From the IMG/VR virus record IMGVR_UViG_3300045010_000308, positions 9,057 through 73,056 of that record: DNA of 64,000 nucleotides, one strand, 5' to 3'. The notes under the pieces are model-generated. The model had not been told where the DNA came from. It made no database searches and saw only the letters and a list, made by a program, of their open reading frames with translations. The position numbers and the translations under genes are program-made. Source of the DNA: a virus. Positions 17,708-27,663 of the stretch are shown piece after piece (position 1 is the first letter of the stretch; every line of letters begins with the position of its first letter).

Positions 17708-17998
17708 CGCGGGCCTCGTCGAGGCCTTACCTACCTCGTAGCCGCACGCGGCGTACCCGGCGATGTCGACCCAGGTGTCGCTTTGGAAGCCAGAGCGAGC
17801 GGCGTACCTAGCCACCTTCACGGCGACCATCGCCATCGCGACGTCTTCGCTCGTGACCTCGATCTCGAACAGTACTGACCACAGCTTTGCGATGCGGTCA
17901 AAGTTCTCTTCTGGCCCGCCGTACTGCTTGTCACGCTCTCCGGCGATGATCCTGCCGGCCTCGTCGAGGCACTCGTGCCGGTCGAGCTTCTTCGCCAC
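17705..17998 (-). CDS. DUF6378-like small alpha-helical protein (nucleotide-metabolism associated)
   Basis: LDEAGRIIAGERDKQYGGPEENFDRIAKLWS..VKVAR..DTWVDIAGYAACG; start reassigned to GTG 17998 after a GGAGAGG SD. Confidence 0.75.
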   Translation of the reverse strand: MAKKLDRHECLDEAGRIIAGERDKQYGGPEENFDRIAKLWSVLFEIEVTSEDVAMAMVAVKVARYAARSGFQSDTWVDIAGYAACGYEVGKASTRPA

Positions 17999-18000
17999 GT

Positions 18001-18198
18001 CTACCTCTCCGCGATCCGCAGTCGGACGGTCACGGTCGCCTTGTACTCTTTTTCTGAGTGTTCTTCGACACGAAGCTCCGTGTCGTGCGGCAGGCTTGCG
18101 CTCGCGTCTTTCGAGAACTCGCGCCACTGCCTCGCGGCTTGCTCTCTGAGCTCGTGAAGGTCTTTGCCGTAGACCACTATCGTGACGCTTCCAATCAC
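18001..18198 (-). CDS. hypothetical protein
   Basis: 65 aa from GTG 18198, tightly coupled to both neighbours. Confidence 0.55.
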   Translation of the reverse strand: MIGSVTIVVYGKDLHELREQAARQWREFSKDASASLPHDTELRVEEHSEKEYKATVTVRLRIAER

Positions 18199-18617
18199 TA
18201 CTTGATCCTCTTTTCGAGCTTGTACGGCGAGTGGTGGGTCCCGTCTAGGAACGGGACCTTGTCGTCCGTCGAGCGAAAGATCACGTCGCCGTAGCGCACC
18301 GCGACGACCTTGCCGACGCGCCCGTTGTGCACGGTCCCGAGCCTGTCGGTGTACGCGTCGTGCTTGACGCGGACTATGTCTCCGACCGAGATGAACCCGG
18401 GGCGCGCCTCGACCCACACCGCGTCAGACTCGGCGGGGAGCAGCGAGTTTGTCAGCGCGAGCTTGCTGAACAAGTCAAGCACGTCTTTTGAGTCACGGTC
18501 ACTGTGCTTCGTCTCTTCCCACGCAGCAAGCAGGGCCATGACTGACGCGCCGACGGCTTTTTTCGTCTTGATGCTCGCTAACTGAGCGCTCGCCCAGTCG
18601 CGGTCAACATGCTTCAT
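18198..18617 (-). CDS. hypothetical protein with C-terminal SH3/KOW-like segment
   Basis: 139 aa from ATG 18617 after an AGGAG SD; ISVGDIVRVK..HNGRVGKVVAVRYGDV. Confidence 0.65.
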   Translation of the reverse strand: MKHVDRDWASAQLASIKTKKAVGASVMALLAAWEETKHSDRDSKDVLDLFSKLALTNSLLPAESDAVWVEARPGFISVGDIVRVKHDAYTDRLGTVHNGRVGKVVAVRYGDVIFRSTDDKVPFLDGTHHSPYKLEKRIK

Positions 18618-19086
18618 CTCTGCTCCTGTGAGGACACCGCGGCTCGCGGCAGTTGTCTGTGTCGTAGTCGTCGAGCGCACGGGCGCACACGATGCACTTC
18701 ATCCCGGCATCGAGCACGCGGTAGCCTCTCTGCTGGCGGTCTGCGTTTTTCTGCATCTTCGCCAGGTACTCTTCGTTCAACTCGGCGTCGGTCCCGCCGA
18801 CGGCGCAGATGATGTTTGCGACGAAGTGGAGGACATCGACGCACTCTTTCAGGACCTCTTTGCGGTCGACATACGGATCATCGCGCTGCCAGGGCTTCCA
18901 CGAGATCGCCCTGCGGACCTCGGCGAGCTCGTCGTCGATCGCGAGCATGTTCCAGCGCAGGTACTCGATGACGGCTCGAAGCGAGTCTGAGCCGTCGTCG
19001 TGGAAGGTAGAGTAGTCGACGCCGTAGCAGCTTTGCTGAAGCTGAGCCGTGGCCTCGAGCCACTTGCCGAAAAGCTTGTCAGTCAT
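18604..19086 (-). CDS. all-alpha dNTP pyrophosphatase (dimeric dUTPase / T4 gp56 dCTPase-like)
   Basis: DDELAEV..SWKPW..KECVDVLHFVAN..YLAKMQKNADRQ. Confidence 0.75.
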   Translation of the reverse strand: MTDKLFGKWLEATAQLQQSCYGVDYSTFHDDGSDSLRAVIEYLRWNMLAIDDELAEVRRAISWKPWQRDDPYVDRKEVLKECVDVLHFVANIICAVGGTDAELNEEYLAKMQKNADRQQRGYRVLDAGMKCIVCARALDDYDTDNCREPRCPHRSRDEAC

Positions 19087-20099
19087 CTTGAGTCGATCAC
19101 CTGTCGCAGTGTTGTCAGTACTTCTTCCCGCGTCTGGATCTTATCTAAGTATTGGCGCGACTGGCGCGCCGAAAGCTCGTAAGCGTCGAGCTCGCTCAGC
19201 TGCTCGACCCTCGCCGCGAGCACAGACCACGCGTCTCCGGCCTCGCGGCTGTACCGCCACTCTGTCACTATCGGAGTGCCGGCGCGCATCGACTTGACGA
19301 ACAGCGGAGACCACCAAGGGCGCTTGTCGTCGTGTATGGCCAGTATGACTCCGTGCAGAGACCCGATCCTTTCTTCGAGCTCGAGGTCGGTGGCGTACTT
19401 CTTGTCCTTGATCTCGCCGTGCGGAAGCTCGAGCGTCCTTGACAGCGACAAGGCCCACTTCGTCGACGGCACGTCTATCCCCCACGCGCGCGCTCTCTTT
19501 CCTCGCGGCGCGTCTGCTCCTGGTCGCCGCGCGTGCAGCGAGTCGAAAGACAGCCCGACGAGCGACGCTCGCATCGTCTCGCGCACTCCGATGATCTCTG
19601 CCGGGTTCGAGTACCACGGCAGTGTCGGCCAGACCGTCTTTGGCCAAGGCTTGTGCAGCAGGTGCAGCGCGCCGTCGAGGACTCGTGCGCTTATGGCGCC
19701 GTCTTGCGCAGCGAGCGTGTAGCCGATCCTGCGCGAGTAGAACGGCTTGAAGAGCTGCTTTGGCTTTCGCTCGATCGACCTCAGGCCGGCGAAGATCTTT
19801 CCTGGCTCTGGAGCGTCGACGAACAGCGCGAGTCGCGAGTCGTCTTTGAGCAGAGAGACTAGGTTGAGCGTGCCGTATGTGCCGTTGGCCGACACGCTGG
19901 TCGGCGTCAGCACGCCGGCGAAGACTTTGCCGTACCCGGCGAGGTCGCCGTGCGTCCACGCTGGGTCGGGCTCGACCTGCACGACCTCGTGCCCGAGCTC
20001 TTGAGTCGCCTCCGCGAGCATGCCGGAGTACGTCAATGTCCGCTGAGCCACGGCGCTCGAGTAGTGTTGCGCACTGGCGCCGGTGATCAAGACTTTCAT
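19083..20099 (-). CDS. putative GT-B glycosyltransferase-like protein (DNA-modifying candidate)
   Basis: 338 aa; MKVLITG..LAEATQELGHEV N-terminus and SMRAGTPIVTEW C-terminal lobe typical of GT-B folds; sits in the nucleotide-modification operon. Confidence 0.5.
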   Translation of the reverse strand: MKVLITGASAQHYSSAVAQRTLTYSGMLAEATQELGHEVVQVEPDPAWTHGDLAGYGKVFAGVLTPTSVSANGTYGTLNLVSLLKDDSRLALFVDAPEPGKIFAGLRSIERKPKQLFKPFYSRRIGYTLAAQDGAISARVLDGALHLLHKPWPKTVWPTLPWYSNPAEIIGVRETMRASLVGLSFDSLHARRPGADAPRGKRARAWGIDVPSTKWALSLSRTLELPHGEIKDKKYATDLELEERIGSLHGVILAIHDDKRPWWSPLFVKSMRAGTPIVTEWRYSREAGDAWSVLAARVEQLSELDAYELSARQSRQYLDKIQTREEVLTTLRQVIDSR

Positions 20100-20857
20100 C
20101 TAGCCGTTGCTTCTGTCGCTGCCTCGAACGCCGACGGGACTCCGACGTCCATCGCGTCCACGTCGAACAAGCTCGTCGGGTACCGCAGTATCTCCGTGAG
20201 GTACGGGCCGATCTTGAGCTCGGCGCCCTGCGAGCCGCGGCCGTCCCACTCGCGCGACAGCACGGCGATCGCGCGCTTCGTGTCCATGATCACCGGCCCG
20301 CACCACACTCGAGCCAGCGGCGCGTCGGCCCGGGGGTCGACGAAGTCTTCGTCACGCAGTTCAGTCCCTTCGGCGAACTCGTACTCGTGCTCTCGCGCGA
20401 TTCGATCAGACCAGGCCGACCGTATCCTCGTGAACCGCCCGGCCTGGCTCTTCGGGACCGTCCGCGCTCCGACGGCGTTCGCTTTCGCGATCTCTGTGCT
20501 GACGGCCATGCGGACCACTTTTTCGCGGTCCATGATGTTGTCGCTCATCAAGAGCATCACCGCCTTCGAGTTTTCAAGTGGTTTCAGGCCGACAAGAGCC
20601 GCGTGGCCGGGCCCGCAGGGGTCTTCTTGCACGACGACTTCGATCCACGACGAGTACGGCTCAAGCACCTTGTGCACCTGCGTGACGTTGTGCGGCGACG
20701 CGACCACGACCGTCTGCTCGGCGCCGGCCGCCGCGGCGTACTCGGCCGCGTACGCGAGCAGCGTGATCCCGTTGACCTCGAGCAGCGGCTTGAAGAACGG
20801 CATAGAGTAGCCGAGCATGCGCTGGCCGCGCCCCGCGGCGAGGATCACCGCGTCCAC
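20096..20857 (-). CDS. sugar-phosphate nucleotidyltransferase
   Basis: AVILAAGRGQRM..FKPLLEVNG..QEDPCGPGHA..LLMSDN..MDVGVP; start GTG 20857 after AGGAG. Confidence 0.82.
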   Translation of the reverse strand: MDAVILAAGRGQRMLGYSMPFFKPLLEVNGITLLAYAAEYAAAAGAEQTVVVASPHNVTQVHKVLEPYSSWIEVVVQEDPCGPGHAALVGLKPLENSKAVMLLMSDNIMDREKVVRMAVSTEIAKANAVGARTVPKSQAGRFTRIRSAWSDRIAREHEYEFAEGTELRDEDFVDPRADAPLARVWCGPVIMDTKRAIAVLSREWDGRGSQGAELKIGPYLTEILRYPTSLFDVDAMDVGVPSAFEAATEATAR

Positions 20858-21360
20858 GGCCACTCCTGGCGCGCCCACACGAACTTCCAGCCGGCCTCTC
20901 TCGCTGGCGCCTGCCCGTCGATCCTGTCGTCGATGTACACTCCCTCCGCCGCGACTCCCCTGAGGATCGCGGTGCGCTCGGCCGTCGACACGCTGCTTGC
21001 GAGAAGCGCGCTCGGCGTGAGCCTCAGCGCCTCGAGCACCGCCTCTGCCGCGTCTTTCGCGGCGCCTGTCACGTATGCGACGTCTCCGGGAAACATCGCC
21101 TCGAGCGACAGCAAGATGTCTGCGTACGGCAGCTTGTTCTCGAGCGCTGCGCCGGCTCTGATCACGTCGACGTACACGAGCGTCTTCTCGCTGTGCGCCT
21201 TCCTCGCGCTCTCGAGCGAGCCAGTCACAGACGGAAGCCACATCTGCCACGGGTGGCCCCAGGCCTCGTCTGGCATGTCGACACCGACACTCTTGTACGC
21301 CTTGCGCACGAGGTGCCTCGAGTTCACGAGGACGCCGTCGATGTCAGAGCACCACTTCAT
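20845..21360 (-). CDS. HAD-superfamily phosphatase
   Basis: SDIDGVL (DxD), YVTG, YIDD..AREAGW. Confidence 0.8.
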   Translation of the reverse strand: MKWCSDIDGVLVNSRHLVRKAYKSVGVDMPDEAWGHPWQMWLPSVTGSLESARKAHSEKTLVYVDVIRAGAALENKLPYADILLSLEAMFPGDVAYVTGAAKDAAEAVLEALRLTPSALLASSVSTAERTAILRGVAAEGVYIDDRIDGQAPAREAGWKFVWARQEWPWTR

Positions 21361-22135
21361 CGTAGAAACCTCCTGTCTTGAGCGTGTTGACGAGCACTTC
21401 CGCGACTCGATCTAGCGCGCTTGGAGCCTGGCGCACGACATACGGGAGCGCACGCACGACGTGGACGACCGCCCAGGCCTGGCCGCCAGAGAACAACGAG
21501 TCGTCGTCGACCGCAGCGCGCACGTCGGCGATCGAGTATGCCTTGCCTCCCGTGCCGTACTTCGCGGCCTCCCACCCGTTCGCGCTCTGCAGCATCTTGC
21601 CGACGTCGACGCACGGAGCGTCAGGGACCGTGATCGTCGCTGGGATCGGGTCGATCAGCACCGAGCCGTAGCCGCGCCTGCGCATCACGTTCTCGGCCGT
21701 CGCGTCTCCGTGAGTGAGAGCCGCCGCCCCGGCGAGCGCGGCACGGGCCGCTGACTCGGCGGCGAACAGCACGGCCGCGACAAGCTCGGAGCTGAAAGAC
21801 AGCCAGCACCTGCCGATGTTGTCGGACATCTTGCCGCGCAAAAGCTCGTACGTCTCGTCTCTCGCGGGGACATCGGCAGGCCTGCTCCAGACGTGCCTGC
21901 GCAGCAGGCCGACTACCTCTTCGGCCTTGACCTCGGCGTAGTCGACGTGCGCGAGCCGCTCCATGACGTAGCCGTCGCTCGTCAGCTCGAGCACCATCGG
22001 GAGCGCAGGAGACGCGTGCTCTTGGATCCAGCGGCCCTGCCCGATCGTCTTCTCGACGATCCCGCCTCGCTTGATGACCGTCACCGCGTCGTTGTCAACG
22101 ACCTCCGCACCGGACAGGCCGCTGTTGGCGATCAC
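21344..22135 (-). CDS. APH/choline-kinase-fold small-molecule (sugar) kinase
   Basis: GLSGA..VIKRG, YVMERL, THGDATAENVM, VLIDP, DVGKMLQS. Confidence 0.75.
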   Translation of the reverse strand: MIANSGLSGAEVVDNDAVTVIKRGGIVEKTIGQGRWIQEHASPALPMVLELTSDGYVMERLAHVDYAEVKAEEVVGLLRRHVWSRPADVPARDETYELLRGKMSDNIGRCWLSFSSELVAAVLFAAESAARAALAGAAALTHGDATAENVMRRRGYGSVLIDPIPATITVPDAPCVDVGKMLQSANGWEAAKYGTGGKAYSIADVRAAVDDDSLFSGGQAWAVVHVVRALPYVVRQAPSALDRVAEVLVNTLKTGGFYDEVVL

Positions 22136-23379
22136 GAGAATGCGCTCTCGATCATGACTTCAGCCGTCTTTCGCGGGTCGTTGCGCGTGCGCAAGACCTC
22201 GCGGTTGTGGCGCGCGATCTCGACCCGCTGGTTGTCTGGGATCTCGAGGCACGTCGAGAACGCGTCGGCGATCCTCTTGATCAACGCGAGGCCCTCGTCT
22301 TGCACGAGGCGCGACTGCGTCGGAGACTTCGTGAACCAGTCGAGCACCATCATGCGGAACGCTGGGTCTGACAGGTGGCCTGGGACGATGCACAGAGCGC
22401 CTGCGTCGGCGGCCTCGAGCGACGAGTACTCGACCAGGCCCCGCGCGAACGCGTGCGCGGTGAGGTTCATGTGCACGCGGAAGCGCGCCGCGATCGCCGC
22501 CGAGTCGGTGTAGTTGCCGAGGTAGCGGATGAGCGCTCTGCCGGCCACACGCGCGTCCCACGGGTACGGCGTGACGATGTTCCCGTCCATGCTTCCGTTG
22601 TACTTCTCCGGGTTGACATTCTTCGCGTACCTCACGGCTTGCGCCTTGAAGTGTTCTTTCAAAAGCTCGTACACGATGTACGTCGGCGACGGCCCGAGGC
22701 CGACCGAGCACGATCCCCAGATCTCCACCGTGACGTCTTCTGGCAAGAACGCGCCGGCGAGCGCGACGAGCGGCTGTCCCTTGTTGTAGATGAACCTGCC
22801 TGACGTGCCGACGACGCGGCTGTCTGTGATCGGCGCGTCGACCTCGAACTTCGGGATGTAAGGCATCGGGCCTTTGATCCACTCCATCTTCGCGAACATG
22901 TCGTTGCTGTGCCTCGCGGACTCGTCGCTCATCGTCACGAGCTTGCTTCCTCGCGACGGCGACTCGAGCAGCTTGCCGACGAACGGGATGTCTTTCTCCG
23001 GGTAAAACGAGCCGTGGAGCGCCGTGGTCCAGCGTGTCCGAGTGCGGAGCAGAGCGTCTACGTACTCTGGCAACGCGCCTTCGCCTTTCTTGATCGCCTG
23101 CTTGTCGTGCAGCGGCACCTTGATCTCTGGCAAGACGACCATGTCGTACTTGTCGAACGTCTCGACGAGGTGCGCGGTCTTCACGACGACGTCTGGCGCC
23201 TCGCTCCACCACCGCCCGCCCGGGCGAGGCTGGCCCCACGACGTTCGAGCCTTGCCACTCTTCGTGAACGACACGACATCGCAGCTATGCCCAAGCTGCT
23301 GGAACCCGTACCGAAGCCGGAATCCCCACGCGGTGGGTCCCTTGACTCCTGGCTCTGGCTCGAATACCGCGACTTTCAT
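22132..23379 (-). CDS. GT-B glycosyltransferase (GT4-like)
   Basis: MKVAVFEP..GFQQLGHSCDVV; SGRFIYNKG; EYSSLEAADAGA acidic motif; ARHNREVL C-terminal helix. Confidence 0.7.
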   Translation of the reverse strand: MKVAVFEPEPGVKGPTAWGFRLRYGFQQLGHSCDVVSFTKSGKARTSWGQPRPGGRWWSEAPDVVVKTAHLVETFDKYDMVVLPEIKVPLHDKQAIKKGEGALPEYVDALLRTRTRWTTALHGSFYPEKDIPFVGKLLESPSRGSKLVTMSDESARHSNDMFAKMEWIKGPMPYIPKFEVDAPITDSRVVGTSGRFIYNKGQPLVALAGAFLPEDVTVEIWGSCSVGLGPSPTYIVYELLKEHFKAQAVRYAKNVNPEKYNGSMDGNIVTPYPWDARVAGRALIRYLGNYTDSAAIAARFRVHMNLTAHAFARGLVEYSSLEAADAGALCIVPGHLSDPAFRMMVLDWFTKSPTQSRLVQDEGLALIKRIADAFSTCLEIPDNQRVEIARHNREVLRTRNDPRKTAEVMIESAFS

Positions 23380-23419
23380 CTTTCTCTCCTCTGCTTAGCC
23401 GCTGACACTCATACTTTGA

Positions 23420-23481
23420 CACGAAGCGGCGCGCTTCGAGGTGTCCGAAGCGCGCCTCTTCGTGCCGAGCTTTGGCTCGGC
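23420..23481 (-). terminator. tandem stem-loops downstream of the SSB gene
   Basis: GGCGCGCTTCG/CGAAGCGCGCC stem (23428-23456) extended by CACGAAG/CTTCGTG, followed by a GCCGAGC/GCTCGGC hairpin. Confidence 0.55.
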
Positions 23482-23486
23482 TCGGC

Positions 23487-24119
23487 TCAGAACGGCGCCT
23501 TGGGGGGCGTGTTCGGGTCTGCTGCCGGTGCCGGTGCCGGTGCCGGTGCCGGTGCCGGTGCCGGTGCCGGTGCCGGTGCCGGTGCCGGTGCCGGTGCCGG
23601 TGCCGGTGCCGGTGCTGGTGCCGGTGCCGGTGCCGGTGCCGGTGCCGGTGCCGGTGCCGGTGCCGGTGCCGGTGCCGGTGCCGGTGCCGGTGCCGGTGAT
23701 GCTGCCGCCATCGACGAGACCGAGTAGTAGCTCTTGATCTCGTTCTTCGTCTGGCCCTGCCAGGTTCGCGTGCCGACGGCCGCGCGGAAGGTGCGACCCT
23801 TGAGTGCGGCCTCGATCTGCGCGTTGGTCGGGTTTGATGTGAAGTACTCGCGGGGGAGCCCCAGCGCGGCCATCTTCTTGAAGAACATGCCGAGCGCGTT
23901 GGGGTTGTCCGTCGAGACGACCAGGTTGTCCCAGACGAGCCGCTTTGCGTGCGCACCGGTCTGGACCTGCGCCTTGATGGCGAACATGGTCTTTCCCGTC
24001 TGCGTCACCTTGGCCGTTGCTTCGACGACTTGGAAGTCGTAGTCGCCGGCTGGCAGCGGGTCGTACCCGCCAGTCTCGGCTGCGTCCTTGATCAGGTCGC
24101 CCCAGTTGAGTGTTGACAT
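23487..24119 (-). CDS. single-stranded DNA-binding protein (DUF669-like OB fold) with Pro-Ala tail
   Basis: [29 protein letters not shown]; ends PPKAPF; directly follows the Sak4-like ATPase. Confidence 0.75.
   Translation of the reverse strand: MSTLNWGDLIKDAAETGGYDPLPAGDYDFQVVEATAKVTQTGKTMFAIKAQVQTGAHAKRLVWDNLVVSTDNPNALGMFFKKMAALGLPREYFTSNPTNAQIEAALKGRTFRAAVGTRTWQGQTKNEIKSYYSVSSMAAASPAPAPAPAPAPAPAPAPAPAPAPAPAPAPAPAPAPAPAPAPAPAPAPAPAPAPAPAPAADPNTPPKAPF
23523..23696. repeat. hexamer tandem repeat (TGCCGG)x29
   Basis: 29 units with one variant TGCTGG at 23613; encodes (Pro-Ala)n in the SSB. Confidence 0.95.
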
Positions 24120-24121
24120 TG

Positions 24122-24907
24122 CTATTTACTCGCTTTCTCTGTGTTGGTTGTCTTGCTTTGCTTTTGTTCTGGCCGTGGGCCGAACACTATCTCGAGCATG
24201 CGTTCGATCCCAAGATCTTGCTGCTCGACGATCTTACCTAGCCGTCCTTGGACGCGCTCGCCTGCCTCGTACTTGTTCGTCCGTTCGACGTACATGCGGC
24301 GCGCCTTGTAGTTCGGCTGGGTGGGGTCTGGGTGCGGGAACTCTTCGACGGTGATCGCGCCGAGGACGTCGTAGAAGTACGGCGCTTGGATCGCGAGCTG
24401 GCCTTGGAGGTACGGCCGAGCGCGCCCGTCTTGCCCGGTGCGAGACATGGCGGTGAGCACGACTGCCTCGAGCGGCGCGGTCGGGTGCATCGTGAGGTCG
24501 CGCAGGTCACGCAAGAGCGCTCCCATGTGCCTCAAAAGCTCGCCCCACTGCTGCATCTGCATCTGGTTTGTCCCGGCGATGTTGTCCACGCACTTGACTT
24601 GCAGCTCAGAGACCGAGTCGATGATCAGTGACTTGAACTGGTGGCGTCCGAGCTGGAGCCACTGGTACGCCTTCATCATGGTGTCGTACTTCGTCACGTT
24701 GACGACGCAGGTGTCCCACGTCCCGTCGGCTACCGGCGGCTCTTCCCGCAGCGGGTCCCAATACTTGACCGTGATCGGGAGGAAGCGGTGGCCGCCCTCA
24801 ACGTCGAGCATCAGCCGCGGGTACGGCGCTGTGACCGCGAACGTCGACTTGCCGACCTTTGATTCTCCGTACACCATAAGTGTCAGAGAGCGTTGTACTT
24901 GTGTCAT
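24122..24907 (-). CDS. AAA_24 / Sak4-like P-loop ATPase (recombinase)
   Basis: [12 protein letters not shown] Walker [17 protein letters not shown] Walker B. Confidence 0.8.
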   Translation of the reverse strand: MTQVQRSLTLMVYGESKVGKSTFAVTAPYPRLMLDVEGGHRFLPITVKYWDPLREEPPVADGTWDTCVVNVTKYDTMMKAYQWLQLGRHQFKSLIIDSVSELQVKCVDNIAGTNQMQMQQWGELLRHMGALLRDLRDLTMHPTAPLEAVVLTAMSRTGQDGRARPYLQGQLAIQAPYFYDVLGAITVEEFPHPDPTQPNYKARRMYVERTNKYEAGERVQGRLGKIVEQQDLGIERMLEIVFGPRPEQKQSKTTNTEKASK

Positions 24908-24910
24908 GCG

Positions 24911-25837
24911 TTACTCGTTTCCTTTGTTGTCTGGTTTGTAATAACTGTACGGGTCGTCGACCACGTACATTTCGCTGATTGCCTGTTCGGCGGCGCTTCC
25001 GTCGTCGAGTAGCGGGCATACGGCGAAAAACTGGCACTTCCACTTGCAGTCGCGGCTCGGCCGCGGGTACGCAAGCATCGTGTGATCGCCGCCGTCTTCG
25101 AGCCCCTTGCGGACTCGGAGGAGGTCGGTTATCGTGCCGTGGATCCTGTTCCAGAACGAGCGCAGGCTAAAGATGTTGTGCCTGACTTCGATCTGCTCGT
25201 AGAAAGGAGGGCGCGCGTTCGCGGTGCGCTTGACCTTGCGCAGCATCGTGAAGATGCCTCCGTCGCACCGCTCAATCTCGTCTTTCTTTTGCGCCTCGAG
25301 CAGCATGTAGGTCAGCACTTGCTCGTTCATGTGAGCCATGCTCGTGAAGTCGGCGAATGAGCCGCCGACGGTCTTGAAGTCTCTGAACATGCGCACTCCG
25401 TCTACCTTGCGCCGCACGCGCATGTCGAGCTTGCCTTGCAGCTCGACTTGCCCCTCGAGAAGCGGCGCGCTGACTACTTCCTCGCTCGAGATGAACTCAA
25501 GCTCGGCGTCGATGCCGTTCTCTTCGACCCACTGGAGGTATCCTTCGAGCATGATCCGACCAAGTTCGGCCTCAGACTGCAGGTCGGTCGTGTCACGGAA
25601 GCTTTCGACCAGAAGCTCTTTGTCACGTTCGACCAGCTCTGCGTGCGCGTCGAGCAGCGGGACGCCGCTCGCGTAGTACTGTTCGAAGGCCGCGTGGATG
25701 CGCGTGCCGAGCGCGAGCGGGCCAGTCATGACTTTTTCCCGGGGCTGCAGCCGGCGGAAGTACGCCAGCCACCAGCGGCGGCGACAGTCTTTGAATGTCT
25801 GGAGCTCGCTGTTCGAGACCTTGAGCACGTCCGTCAT
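24911..25837 (-). CDS. Cas4/RecB-like PD-(D/E)XK exonuclease
   Basis: Start ATG 25837: SNSELQTFKDCRRRW, LGTRIH, GKLD..DFKT, Q..TY, CKWKCQFFAVC. Confidence 0.82.
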   Translation of the reverse strand: MTDVLKVSNSELQTFKDCRRRWWLAYFRRLQPREKVMTGPLALGTRIHAAFEQYYASGVPLLDAHAELVERDKELLVESFRDTTDLQSEAELGRIMLEGYLQWVEENGIDAELEFISSEEVVSAPLLEGQVELQGKLDMRVRRKVDGVRMFRDFKTVGGSFADFTSMAHMNEQVLTYMLLEAQKKDEIERCDGGIFTMLRKVKRTANARPPFYEQIEVRHNIFSLRSFWNRIHGTITDLLRVRKGLEDGGDHTMLAYPRPSRDCKWKCQFFAVCPLLDDGSAAEQAISEMYVVDDPYSYYKPDNKGNE

Positions 25838-27636
25838 AGTCTGCCTTCCTTGTCGTCTTTGAGCAGGTTGAGTAGTTGGTCTTTGTCGCGCACGATCTGC
25901 TCGAAGTTGTCGGCCTTCGTGTCGAGTACCTGGATCACGCGCTCTTCGACCGTGCCTTCGGTCACGTAGTCCGTGATGATGACGCTGTCGTGCACTTCCG
26001 AGCCGATCCGGTGCACGCGGTCGAGCGCCTGCTTGTGGTCGACCAACGACCACGGGCGCTGAAGCATGATCAGCCTGCGAGCAGCCGTCAGCGTCACGCC
26101 GACACCACCGGCCTGAGCGGTGAACAGTATCCACTTGGTCCTGCCTGCCTGGAAGTCGTCGATGGCCTCTTGCCGCTCGTCTTCGCTCTGCGCGCCAGTG
26201 ATGCGGCCGTGCTCGATGCCGGCCTTCGTCATCGCCGCGCTGAGCAAGTCGATGAGCTGCCGCGACACGGCGCAGACAGCGACCGAGTCGCTGCCAAAGT
26301 CGCCGTTCTTCATGTCGTCCATGACAGCGTCGACCTTGCACGACGGCTCGGCGAGCGTGGCGCGCATCTCGCCGGTGCTGGTGTCTGCGGCAATGTCCGC
26401 GTACGAGCTCGCCAACTGGAGCAGCCGCGTGACCTGCGTGAGCGGGCTTGTCGCCATCAACGCCGCGCCGCTCTCGAGCTCGGCGATCATGAGGTCGCGC
26501 ATCTGCGCGTAGGCTTTCGCCTGCTTCGACGACATCTCGACGTCGCGGCGCTCGTTGATGATCGGCGGCAGCCAGTGCAGCACCTTCGCCTTGAGCATGC
26601 GGCGCATCCGCGGGTTGATCCCGGCGTGGAACTCTTGCTCCATCTGCGGCTTCACGCCTAAGACCATCATGCCGCCGAACGCGTTGAGCATCGTGTTGAT
26701 CATGCGGTCGATCCAGCGCGTCTTGCTCGGCCACTCCTCCGGCGACAGCCAGTGCAGGATCGGCCACAGGTCGACTACGTCGTTCGCGATCGGCGTGCCC
26801 GTCAGCGCAAACCGCACGTCTGCGTCGCCAGTCGCGGCCCACAGCGCGCGCGTCTGCTTCGACTTGGGGTCTTTGGACCGGTGTATCTCGTCCGCGACCA
26901 CGGCCTTGAAGTCGATCCCGTTGAGCTCGCGCGGCGTGACCTCGCACTGCTTCTCTGTCACGCTCTCGTCGTGGCCTCCCATCGCGACACAGCGCTTGAG
27001 CGCGATCGACCCGTACGGCGCGAGGCGCGAGTGAGTGCGCAGAGACTCCCAGTTGATGACGTACACGTCGGCGCCAGATTCGAACGACTTGCGGCGTTGC
27101 GTCGCCGTGCCGGAGATGACCTCGACGTTCACGCCTGGCCACCAGCGCGCGAACTCGCGCTTCCAGTTCTTCTTCACGGTGTTCGGGCAGACGACGAGCG
27201 CCGGAAACACCTCCTCGCCGGAGCCCTTGAGGGCCTTGAGCGCGCGAATCGCCTGAGCGGTCTTGCCGAGGCCAGGCTCGTCCGCGAGCAGAGCCCGTCG
27301 GGCGACGCGCAGAAACTCGACGCCGGCACGCTGGTGCGGAAACAGGTCGTCGTCGCCCTCGATCCCCTCGACGTCGCGAAGCGCGTTTGACGGGTCTACT
27401 CGCGACGCGCGCTCGCTGCTCGCCCAGGCGGTGAGCGCGTCGCCGACCACGAGCTCGTCGCGAAACGTCGACCGCAGCGCGAGGCACGCCGACCAGCTCA
27501 GCGGCACCTTCCAGACCTTCTCGGCCGTCGACCACGCCGCTCCGGGGATGCTCTTGCACAGCTCTTTGTAGCGCCAGTCCGCCTCGATGCGGATGTGCCT
27601 GGTGCTGCTGGAGTCGATGTCCACTCGTGCTGTCAA
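25834..27636 (-). CDS. SNF2-family helicase
   Basis: LADEPGLGKT, DEIH, LTGTPIAN, AGGVGVTLTAA, QALDRVHRIG. Confidence 0.9.
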   Translation of the reverse strand: MTARVDIDSSSTRHIRIEADWRYKELCKSIPGAAWSTAEKVWKVPLSWSACLALRSTFRDELVVGDALTAWASSERASRVDPSNALRDVEGIEGDDDLFPHQRAGVEFLRVARRALLADEPGLGKTAQAIRALKALKGSGEEVFPALVVCPNTVKKNWKREFARWWPGVNVEVISGTATQRRKSFESGADVYVINWESLRTHSRLAPYGSIALKRCVAMGGHDESVTEKQCEVTPRELNGIDFKAVVADEIHRSKDPKSKQTRALWAATGDADVRFALTGTPIANDVVDLWPILHWLSPEEWPSKTRWIDRMINTMLNAFGGMMVLGVKPQMEQEFHAGINPRMRRMLKAKVLHWLPPIINERRDVEMSSKQAKAYAQMRDLMIAELESGAALMATSPLTQVTRLLQLASSYADIAADTSTGEMRATLAEPSCKVDAVMDDMKNGDFGSDSVAVCAVSRQLIDLLSAAMTKAGIEHGRITGAQSEDERQEAIDDFQAGRTKWILFTAQAGGVGVTLTAARRLIMLQRPWSLVDHKQALDRVHRIGSEVHDSVIITDYVTEGTVEERVIQVLDTKADNFEQIVRDKDQLLNLLKDDKEGRL

Positions 27637-27663
27637 CTTAGTCTCTCGATCGTTTTGTCGGTT

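Noticed and set aside
23285-23956. Poly-HR, poly-CR, poly-VP and poly-AG ORFs
   Set aside because: Other reading frames of the hexamer repeat inside the SSB gene.
25838-27559. N-terminal 570 aa of the 882-aa ORF 24911..27559
   Set aside because: Alternate frame of the SNF2 helicase gene; the real nuclease starts at ATG 25837 with an ATGA overlap.
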